From Bacteroidota bacterium (GTDB lineage: Bacteria; Bacteroidota; Bacteroidia; Cytophagales; Cyclobacteriaceae), in NCBI GenBank assembly GCA_016866385.1, contig VGMU01000006.1, forward strand, positions 9,750 through 73,749: DNA of 64,000 bases, in the 5' to 3' direction. Within the stretch, counting starts at the first letter, position 1; each line of letters begins with the position of its first letter. The notes beneath the pieces are model-generated. The model saw only the letters and a list, made by a program, of their open reading frames with translations. It was not told where the DNA came from and did no database searches. The position numbers and the translations under genes are program-made. Below, in pieces: positions 39,444 through 47,415 of the stretch.

Positions 39444-41564
39444 TTAACGAGGGAATGCTGCCGAAAGTCCTCCATCCACGTTCAACATATTTCCAGTTGT
39501 TTTGGATAAAAGCCCACTTACAAAAACAAAAGCAGCATCCGCAATATCACTGACTTTTACGCTTTCTTTTAGGAGTGTTCTATCGGCATAAAATTGTGGT
39601 AGGTCTTTGACTTCAATACCATAAGCTTTTGCCCTATTTTCTGCCCAACCTCCTTCCCAGATGTTTGAATTTTCAATTACTGCATCAGGATTTATCACAT
39701 TTACTTGGATTTTGCTTTCCGCAAGTTCCGCTGCCATCAACCGCGACATATGAAGTTGTGCGGCCTTAACTGTGCCATAGGCAACGTTTTTAGGGCCAGC
39801 GACTAGGGCATTCTTGCTAACTACATTGATAATGTCTCCCCCCAATCCTTGGCGGCGCATCACGTCAACTCCTGCTTTAGAGACATGATATTGCCCCATT
39901 ACAAGAATGTTATTTAATTTATCCCAATCTTGTTGTGTATGGTCTTCAAAAGCCTTTGATATTGAAATACCTGCATTATTCACCACAATGTCTACTCCTC
40001 CAAACTTCAAAGAGATAGCTTGAATCGCTCTAGCTAAGCTTTCAGTATCGGTTACATCCAATAATACACCAAGCACAACATCTTTGCCATAATCTCTTTC
40101 AAAATTTGCTAAAGCACCATGAAGTCTTTCTTCGTCGATATCTGTTAACACCACGCAGGCCCCCTCCTGAACAAATTTCTCTGCAATACCTTTCCCAATC
40201 CCACCTGCACTTCCAGTGATTAAAGCTATTTTTCTAGAAAGTGGTTTTTCTTTTGGCATTCGTTGCAACTTTGCTTCTTCCAGAAGCCAGTATTCAATGT
40301 CAAATGCCTCTTGAAGTGGAAGTGATACATACTCAGATACTGCTTCTGCACCACGCATGACATTTATGGCATTTATGTAAAATTCAGAAGCGACCCTACT
40401 TGTTTGCTTATCCTTGGCAAAACTAAACATCCCAATTCCTGGCCACAGGATAATAACTGGATTAGGATCCCGCATAGCTGGACTGTTTGGATGTTTGTGT
40501 TGCTGGTAGTAATCGGTATAACGTTCTCGGTAAGATTTAAATGCCGCTTCCAGCTGCCTGCCTATTCCACTAAAGTCTGAAAGATTGGTGTCTGCAGGAA
40601 GATCAAGAATTAGTGGGCTGATTTTTGTTCTAAGGAAATGGTCGGGACAGCTGGTACCCATGGGAGCTAGTCGTGGCAGGTCTCGGCTGTTGATAAATTC
40701 CAGAACCACATCCTTGTCAGAGAACGTACCAATCATCCGGGATGTTGAAGAGGCTAATCCGCGAAGTAAGGGTGCAATTCGAGCAGCTTGACTCATCCGT
40801 TGTTCTGGAGGTAGGGACTTGATTCGTTCACCTCCAAAAACCGACCGAGTTTTACCATAGTTTTCAGCTAGAAATGCGGAGGCAGTTTCAATAACTTCTA
40901 AACTGTTGATGTAACAGTCATAAGAAGTATCTCCCCAAGTAAATAGGCCATGTCCTCCGAGCATAATTCCTCGAATTCCTGGATTTTTGTCCAAGGCCTC
41001 CTTGAGTTTGAGTCCCAAGTCAAATCCTGGGCGCTGCCAAGGAACCCAAGCAATCGCTCCCTTCCAAAGATCTTGGGTTATTTGTTTGCCATCTTTTGAC
41101 GCTGCAATTGCGATTGCGGCGTCTGGATGAAGGTGATCAATATGTTTAAATGGCAAAAAACCATGAAGAGGTGTATCTATGGAAGGTGCCTTTGAGGCTA
41201 AATCATAAATACAGTGGTTAAATAGCTCCACCATTTCATCCTCAAATTCTATCCCTCTGTAAATATTTTTTAGAGCCCTTAATTTTCCTACATCTAATCC
41301 TGCTAATCCAGACCTTTTCATTGTACCAATATCTCCTCCCGACCCCTTAATCCACATGACCTCAATGGGCTCCTTTGTGAGTGGATCAAGCTCAATGGTC
41401 TTGCAGGAAGTGTTCCCTCCTCCATAATTTGTAATTCTTAGGTCTGCACCGAGTAGATTTGATCGATAAATTAAAAGGCCTACTTCGTTACCTTGAAATG
41501 CTGCCGCTTTATCGTCGTTCCAGAAATAACTGACATAATTATAACTCATTAGTGGTGTATTCAT
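39444..41564 (-). CDS. bifunctional class II aldolase / short-chain dehydrogenase (RhaEW-type rhamnulose-1-phosphate aldolase / lactaldehyde dehydrogenase)
   Basis: 706 aa. N-terminal aldolase-like two-thirds with HLHPD-type metal motifs (IDHLHPD). C-terminal SDR with TGSAGGIGKG Rossmann motif, NNAG and YGTVKAA catalytic motif. Confidence 0.85.
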   Translation of the reverse strand: MNTPLMSYNYVSYFWNDDKAAAFQGNEVGLLIYRSNLLGADLRITNYGGGNTSCKTIELDPLTKEPIEVMWIKGSGGDIGTMKRSGLAGLDVGKLRALKNIYRGIEFEDEMVELFNHCIYDLASKAPSIDTPLHGFLPFKHIDHLHPDAAIAIAASKDGKQITQDLWKGAIAWVPWQRPGFDLGLKLKEALDKNPGIRGIMLGGHGLFTWGDTSYDCYINSLEVIETASAFLAENYGKTRSVFGGERIKSLPPEQRMSQAARIAPLLRGLASSTSRMIGTFSDKDVVLEFINSRDLPRLAPMGTSCPDHFLRTKISPLILDLPADTNLSDFSGIGRQLEAAFKSYRERYTDYYQQHKHPNSPAMRDPNPVIILWPGIGMFSFAKDKQTSRVASEFYINAINVMRGAEAVSEYVSLPLQEAFDIEYWLLEEAKLQRMPKEKPLSRKIALITGSAGGIGKGIAEKFVQEGACVVLTDIDEERLHGALANFERDYGKDVVLGVLLDVTDTESLARAIQAISLKFGGVDIVVNNAGISISKAFEDHTQQDWDKLNNILVMGQYHVSKAGVDVMRRQGLGGDIINVVSKNALVAGPKNVAYGTVKAAQLHMSRLMAAELAESKIQVNVINPDAVIENSNIWEGGWAENRAKAYGIEVKDLPQFYADRTLLKESVKVSDIADAAFVFVSGLLSKTTGNMLNVDGGLSAAFPR

Positions 41565-41616
41565 AGGAAAGTTGGTCTATTAAATAACTCAAATTTCAAT
41601 TAATTCAAACCATAAA

Positions 41617-41631
41617 GTATCCTGTGGTGTC
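41617..41631 (+). promoter_or_regulatory. 15-mer GTATCCTGTGGTGTC, copy 1, followed 10 nt later by TATCTTTC (near -7 box)
   Basis: Exact repeat of the 15-mer at 42426-42440, with the same orientation and spacing to a TAnnTTTG-like element. Confidence 0.4.
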
Positions 41632-42202
41632 TTGAGTAAATATCTTTCAATTTAAAAAAAATCTCTCCTCAAAACCCTTTAATTTCCTTAAAAAATTTCC
41701 TCTGACAGGGCAGGATAGTCTTGGAAAGTTAATTTTGTTTGTTTCTAACACAAACCAAGTTAGTGTGAGCAAGGAAGGACTAGTTAAATTATTAATAATC
41801 CAGAATTCCGAATTTTAGCGGTAGCCTGTAACAGCAGCTCACTTAAAAGGAGGTTAAAGCTTTTCTGGAATAGTTTTAGGTTAAGTTCCTACTGGAATTG
41901 AATTTGTAATTGGCTCTTATTTTTTAAGGAGATCTCTTTTCAATAGTCCCTTAATTTTTTCACTAGGAAAATCATAACTTAATTAAAGGTAAATCCCTTT
42001 GTAAATAGGGTGGATACCTTTTCCTTAAATGGCTTCAAATTGTTTTTAGGAGAATTTACGATCCTACCAGTGGCTCCACAGGTGTAGTATAACCACTGCT
42101 GATAACTGTTAACTGACTTAGTCCTCAATCAACTCAATTGAACTTCGAACCCTAATTTTATTGATTTCGAGTAAAAAATGGGTAAACATATTATTTGGAT
42201 GA

Positions 42203-42346
42203 TTATCCGCAATCATGCCAGTAGCTCAGCTCGCCTATTAAAAACTGTGGATAATCGTTGACAGACCACGGTCAACGGTCCACAGCTCTCCTAATTGAAC
42301 CTCAAACCTTTTTTTTCTCTGGTTATTGGTGAAAAAGCGGATAATC
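42203..42346. promoter_or_regulatory. cluster of DnaA-box-like G(C/T)GGATAATC repeats
   Basis: TTATCCGCA at 42203-42211, perfect TGTGGATAA at 42246-42254, GCGGATAATC at 42337-42346. A weaker GGTGGATAC lies at 42009-42017. Confidence 0.3.
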
Positions 42347-42425
42347 AAATTATATAATATGTCTAGTTAAGAAAAAAAACGCCCTTATTATTTTTCAGGA
42401 ACGATTTTTTCAGAAACTCTGGTTG

Positions 42426-42440
42426 GTATCCTGTGGTGTC
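42426..42440 (+). promoter_or_regulatory. 15-mer GTATCCTGTGGTGTC, copy 2, followed 10 nt later by AATATTTG (near -7 box); likely susC promoter/operator
   Basis: Lies 112 nt upstream of the susC ATG. The Bacteroidota -7 consensus TAnnTTTG is matched at 7 of the 8 positions (5 of its 6 specified bases). Confidence 0.45.
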
Positions 42441-42551
42441 CTGTTTATAAATATTTGGTTTTCTGAACTTTATGCAGGATTCAACAGGATAGTATAATCT
42501 ATCTTGATTGGGATATTTAAATTTATTAACAATTACTTTAAACCCAATTCT

Positions 42552-45500
42552 ATGAAAAACCTCCAATTATTTAGGGTAAAATTCCGATTTTTCGGGGTTT
42601 TATTCTTTATGCTCTGCATAAGCATACTAAGTTTTGGTCAGACACAATCTGTACGTGGGGTTGTGACTTCTGATCCTGATCGCGAACCAGTTCCAGGAGC
42701 TATCGTTTCCATTAAAGGAACTCAAAAAGGAACTGTCACTGACATTGACGGCGTTTTTTCGATAACCGCTACCCCTGGAGACATTTTAGTGGTAAGTTTT
42801 GTTGGGTTTACTACGCAAGAAATTGCCGTAGTTTCTGGACAAACCAACCTATCAATTAACCTAGTCAATTCTATCTCAGATCTTTCCGAGGTGGTGGTAG
42901 TAGGTTACGGTAGTCAAATCAAGAAAGAGGTAACAGGTGCAATTCAATCCATCGGTGGAGCTGAACTGAAGGACATGCCTGTTTCTACTATCGCACAAAA
43001 ACTTCAAGGAAGACTTGCGGGTGTGCAAATCAACCAAACTACGGGTCAGCCTGGGCGTGGAATGCAGGTAAGGATAAGGGGACAGCTTTCTGTTTCCGGC
43101 GGTAGTGAGCCCTTGTATGTTGTCGATGGTTTCCCAATTACGGGCGATATCAACTCCATCAACCCTGATGAAATTGAGGATATATCCGTGTTAAAGGATG
43201 CGGCTTCCACAGCATTGTATGGTTCAAGGGCAACCAATGGAGTAGTTTTAATTACAACCAAAAAAGGAAAAGCTGGTCAAACCAATGTTAACCTGAACGT
43301 TTTCACTGGTTTTCAGAAAGTTCCCATGAGAGGTCGTCTGGAAATGATGAATGCCGAGGAATTTGCACAGTTTAAGAAGGAATATTACGAAGACGCAAAA
43401 AGACCAGTGCCTTCAATTTTCCAGGATCCTGCTCAGTTTAAAGATAAAAATAATGATTGGTACGATGCCTTATTACAAACAGCCCCAATCTCAAGTTATA
43501 ACTTAACTTTAACCTCTAACAAGGATCGAGTAAATACCTCTGCTGTGGTGGGAATTTTTGATCAGAAAGGTGTAGTTGTAAATACAGATTACAAAAGATT
43601 TTCGCTTCGACTGAATACGGATTATAAGATTTCCGATAAGGTTAACATTGGTGTCAATGTGGCACCAAATTATGTGTTTGACAACACGCCTCGATCAGAT
43701 GGAGACCGCGGACAAGGGATTATTTTCAATGCCTTACATACCTGGCCAGTGATGCCGATTAGGGATGAGAAAGGAGAGCTTACTTTGTTTAACCGTTTTC
43801 CTGCTGAAACAGGTAACATTTTTGCATATCCAAACTGGGTGAGATCAGCACAAGAACTCACCAACGAAACAACTAGATTGAATCTATTGGCTACTTCTTA
43901 TTTAGAATGGAAGCCAATTAAGAATTTATCCTTAAAATCTACTTTCAATGTAGAGCTGAACAATTCAAGATTCTTCTTCTCTAACCCCTCGACTGCTACA
44001 TCGGCAATCAACCAAGCGATTCCAACTGTGGCAGCCTCTATACGTGAGACAAATAACAATATTTCATGGCTAAATGAAAACATTGCAACGTACCGAAATA
44101 CCATCAATGACCACAGTTTTGAAGTTTTGGCAGGTTTTTCCAATCAAAGATTCAGATTGGATCAGTACCGAATTCAGGCTGATACCTATGCAGATGATCG
44201 GATCCTTACCAGCCAGGCTGCTGTAAATATCAATCGTGGTGGAACATTCAATGCAGTTCAGGAATGGAGTCTTACTTCAGTTTTCTCAAGATTAACCTAC
44301 AGTTACAAGGGCAAATACCTGTTTACTGCATCAGCTAGAGGAGATGGATCTTCTCGTTTTGGAGTAAACAATCGATGGGGCATATTTCCATCCACTTCAG
44401 TAGGCTGGGTGCTTTCGGATGAGGAATTTTTGAAGGGAAATCCTACTATTTCTTTTGCGAAACTCAGATCGAGTTTTGGTATAACTGGTAACAACAACAT
44501 TGGTAATTACACGCAATATGCTCTAATCAACAATACGGTTAACGTTGCATTTGGAAACACCTTAACTCCTGGAGCGGCTGTTACTTCTTTGGATAATCCT
44601 AATCTGGGATGGGAAACTACTTCCCAAATAGATGCTGGTTTTGACATAGGGTTTTTGGATGATAGAATCTCCTTTAACTATGACTATTTCACTAAAAACA
44701 CAACCAACCTTCTGTACGCTGTTCAGATTCCCCAGGAATCAGGATTCACCAACTTTAATGACAACATTGGAGAAATTAAATTCTGGGGTCATGAATTTCA
44801 AATCAATGCAGTTCCAACCACTGGTGCATTCAAATGGACTGTGAATGCCAACATCTCATTCAACAGAAATGAGGTAATTTCCCTGGCTGATGGTATAGAT
44901 AGGGTTTATGGCTCATTCCATATTACTAAGGTTGGAGAACCATTTGGGCAATTTTATGGGCTTCAGAAATTGGGTAATTATGCCAATGAAGCAGATTTAG
45001 CAAATTCTCCAAAGATTCCTGGTAGATCCACAGTGGGAAGTATCAAGCTTCAAGACATCAATAAGGATGGGGTGATCACTTTCGGTGGTAACCAAGACGA
45101 TAGAACTATCATCGGAAATCCATTTCCCGATTTCGTCTACGGTATTTCCAACAACTTCAATTATAAAAATTGGGATATGAGTATTGTGGGGTCTGGTAAT
45201 CATGGACAGGATCTCTACATGAGGCACCTATACTCGTTAGCTAATTTGGATGGTGTGTTCAATATGGTGAGAAAAGCCAAAGACCGATTTAGATCTCCAA
45301 CAAATCCAGGTGAAGGTATTTTCGGCACCACGGTTGGTGGTGGAAACGTAACTGGAATCGAGCGGGATTGGCCCAATAGCAATTTCGTATGGGATGCTTC
45401 TTTCTTTACCATCAGAAATATCACGTTGGGATACACCTTTACCAAACTACCTAAAGCGATAAGATCTGCTCGACTTTATGCTTCAGCTCAAAATGTTCTT

Positions 45501-45650
45501 GTGTTCACCAATTATTGGGGTGGACAAAATCCTGAGGTAAGTATGCAATCAAATGGTCTGGGCGATGGAGGCAACCTAAGCCCTGGAGTTGATTTAGGTC
45601 CATATCCTGTACCTCGTACAATCACATTTGGAGCTAATATCAATTTTTAA
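42552..45650 (+). CDS. SusC/RagA-family TonB-dependent outer-membrane transporter
   Basis: Signal peptide ending SFGQ; carboxypeptidase-regulatory-like domain (VRGVVTSD...GAIVSIKGT..GTVTDIDGVFSI); plug (VVVVGYGSQ, TonB box region); C-terminal ANINF beta-barrel terminus. ATG at 42552 preferred over the TTG-type extension at 42504. Confidence 0.93.
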   Translation: MKNLQLFRVKFRFFGVLFFMLCISILSFGQTQSVRGVVTSDPDREPVPGAIVSIKGTQKGTVTDIDGVFSITATPGDILVVSFVGFTTQEIAVVSGQTNLSINLVNSISDLSEVVVVGYGSQIKKEVTGAIQSIGGAELKDMPVSTIAQKLQGRLAGVQINQTTGQPGRGMQVRIRGQLSVSGGSEPLYVVDGFPITGDINSINPDEIEDISVLKDAASTALYGSRATNGVVLITTKKGKAGQTNVNLNVFTGFQKVPMRGRLEMMNAEEFAQFKKEYYEDAKRPVPSIFQDPAQFKDKNNDWYDALLQTAPISSYNLTLTSNKDRVNTSAVVGIFDQKGVVVNTDYKRFSLRLNTDYKISDKVNIGVNVAPNYVFDNTPRSDGDRGQGIIFNALHTWPVMPIRDEKGELTLFNRFPAETGNIFAYPNWVRSAQELTNETTRLNLLATSYLEWKPIKNLSLKSTFNVELNNSRFFFSNPSTATSAINQAIPTVAASIRETNNNISWLNENIATYRNTINDHSFEVLAGFSNQRFRLDQYRIQADTYADDRILTSQAAVNINRGGTFNAVQEWSLTSVFSRLTYSYKGKYLFTASARGDGSSRFGVNNRWGIFPSTSVGWVLSDEEFLKGNPTISFAKLRSSFGITGNNNIGNYTQYALINNTVNVAFGNTLTPGAAVTSLDNPNLGWETTSQIDAGFDIGFLDDRISFNYDYFTKNTTNLLYAVQIPQESGFTNFNDNIGEIKFWGHEFQINAVPTTGAFKWTVNANISFNRNEVISLADGIDRVYGSFHITKVGEPFGQFYGLQKLGNYANEADLANSPKIPGRSTVGSIKLQDINKDGVITFGGNQDDRTIIGNPFPDFVYGISNNFNYKNWDMSIVGSGNHGQDLYMRHLYSLANLDGVFNMVRKAKDRFRSPTNPGEGIFGTTVGGGNVTGIERDWPNSNFVWDASFFTIRNITLGYTFTKLPKAIRSARLYASAQNVLVFTNYWGGQNPEVSMQSNGLGDGGNLSPGVDLGPYPVPRTITFGANINF

Positions 45651-45692
45651 TCAAAACTAAGATGTTTTTTATTACTTCTAAACAGAATAAAA

Positions 45693-47204
45693 ATGAAAAA
45701 ATATAGCATAATATTTCTAATCCTGCTGATGACCTTCACTAGCTGTGAGGATTTCCTGACGGTAATCCCTGAAACCCAGTTGAGTTCGGCAACTTACTTT
45801 AAGACAGAAAAAGACTTTGTACAGGCTATAAATGGAGCCTATGCGCCCCTGAGGGGATATTACAATGGTCCTGCGTGGTTGTTGGGCGAATTGCACTCTG
45901 ATAATACGTTCTACTTACGAAACGTTCTCTTCGGAGCAGTTGAAAACGCCGAGAACTTAGCGGATTTTTCTGTTCCTATAAGTAACGGAACTACCCCTAA
46001 TTCCAACGTTTTGTCAGCTTGGCGAACACTTTATTTGATTATTTCCCGATGCAATCAGGTTCTAGCTACCATCGATTCTGTTGAGTTTAACGCAGACAGC
46101 AAAAACAATATCAAGGGTCAAGCTTTGTTCCTTAGAGCCTTCAGTTATTTCCATTTGGTCCGCTACTTTCAAAAGGTGCCTTTACACCTTATCCCTGTTC
46201 CTGGTAGAGACGGTTCTGGTTTGCCTTTGTCAGAAGAAGCAGCGGTATTTGATCAAATTAGTAAGGATTTGACAGCGGCTGTGCCGTTGTTGCCACAAAA
46301 GTCTACCCAGCTTCCGGGCAGAGTAACTCAAGGCGCTGCAAGAACCTTATTGGCTGATGTATTTATTTACCGTAAGAGATGGTCTGATGCGGAACAGGCT
46401 TTGGCACCAGTAATTTCCTCAGGACAATATTCGCTGATGCCTTCGTACGCTTTGGCATTCCCAAAGAATTCCACGAACAAAAACAATGCGGAATCTGTAT
46501 TTGAGGTTCAGTTTCGAGAAGGTCCAGACGGACTTCAGGGCAACTTTCTTTACCAACATTTGCCTTATCCACTTACAGTTGCGGAGGTTAAATCTTTGTT
46601 TAACACCACTAATCCGCAACCTCTTGATGGTCAGGGAAACAATATTCCAACTCCCGATATCATTGCTGCTTATGAGCCTGGAGATCTTAGAAAAGATGCT
46701 TCAATTATGAACATTACTGTATCTGGAAGACCAGGGAATAATAAAATTACTCCCATTATTAAAAAGTTTCAGGATGCCCATGCACAGCATCAAAACCATG
46801 GTATAAATTGGCCGGTTTATAGATACGCTGAAGTTTTACTTTTGATGGCTGAAGCGCTTAATGAACAGGGTAAATCAGGCGATGCAGTAGGGCTTTTGAA
46901 TCAGGTGAGATCACGTGCGGGGTTGGGAGCTTCAACTGCAGCAGGTCAGGCACAGGTGAGAGAAGCTATTTTCAAAGAGAGAAGAGTGGAATTAGCCTTC
47001 GAAAACAAGAGATGGTTTGACATCATGCGAACCGGTAGGATTCAAGAAATCATTGTGCCTTACGGACAAAGAATTGTAGCTAATCCGCTAAACTACTATT
47101 TTCCACCTATCCCTGGTGCAGTGCCAAGAAATAACGTTTTCACAAATCTAGAAAAGTTTTTCCCTTATCCTGCGGCTGAATCTGAAATAAGTCCATTTTT
47201 CTAA
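45693..47204 (+). CDS. SusD/RagB-family nutrient-binding outer-membrane lipoprotein
   Basis: Lipobox FTSC-E; TPR-like SusD signatures (YFLRAFSYFHLVRYF, YRYAEVLLLMAEA, ERRVELAFENKRWFD). Confidence 0.93.
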   Translation: MKKYSIIFLILLMTFTSCEDFLTVIPETQLSSATYFKTEKDFVQAINGAYAPLRGYYNGPAWLLGELHSDNTFYLRNVLFGAVENAENLADFSVPISNGTTPNSNVLSAWRTLYLIISRCNQVLATIDSVEFNADSKNNIKGQALFLRAFSYFHLVRYFQKVPLHLIPVPGRDGSGLPLSEEAAVFDQISKDLTAAVPLLPQKSTQLPGRVTQGAARTLLADVFIYRKRWSDAEQALAPVISSGQYSLMPSYALAFPKNSTNKNNAESVFEVQFREGPDGLQGNFLYQHLPYPLTVAEVKSLFNTTNPQPLDGQGNNIPTPDIIAAYEPGDLRKDASIMNITVSGRPGNNKITPIIKKFQDAHAQHQNHGINWPVYRYAEVLLLMAEALNEQGKSGDAVGLLNQVRSRAGLGASTAAGQAQVREAIFKERRVELAFENKRWFDIMRTGRIQEIIVPYGQRIVANPLNYYFPPIPGAVPRNNVFTNLEKFFPYPAAESEISPFF

Positions 47205-47226
47205 GCTGATTTTCTAAATTGAAATG

Positions 47227-47278
47227 ACCCAACATCTCTTTTTTCATTCTGAATTAAGAAGATGTTGGGTTATTTTTT
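47227..47278 (+). terminator. rho-independent terminator/attenuator after susD
   Basis: Perfect 11-bp stem ACCCAACATCT/AGATGTTGGGT with a 22-nt loop, followed by TATTTTTT. Confidence 0.65.
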
Positions 47279-47415
47279 AATTGGATTTGGCTCTCAAGTG
47301 GATAGAAATCTTCAAAAAAAAATAGACTTCATGAGTGGTTTTTTTTAACTTGAAAAAATTCTCATCTTAAAATCTAAAATCGGAAGTACTTGCAAAGCAT
47401 TAACACCAAAATCTT

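Noticed and set aside
42217-42235. GCCAGTAGCTCAGCTCGCC resembles the 5' acceptor/D-arm of a tRNA (possible tRNA gene or att-site remnant)
   Set aside because: No anticodon arm, T-arm (GTTCGAATC-type) or complementary acceptor strand follows. Integrative elements duplicate tRNA 3' ends rather than 5' ends, and there is no integrase nearby.
42178-42261. 27-codon ORF (MGKHIIWMIIRNHASSSARLLKTVDNR) inside the spacer
   Set aside because: No ribosome-binding context, and it runs through the DnaA-box-like repeats and the hairpin. It is too short and unremarkable to support as coding.
42363-42566. 67-aa minus-strand ORF overlapping the susC start
   Set aside because: It covers the susC promoter and start region in A/T-rich sequence, and its composition is low-complexity Lys/Asn/Phe-rich.
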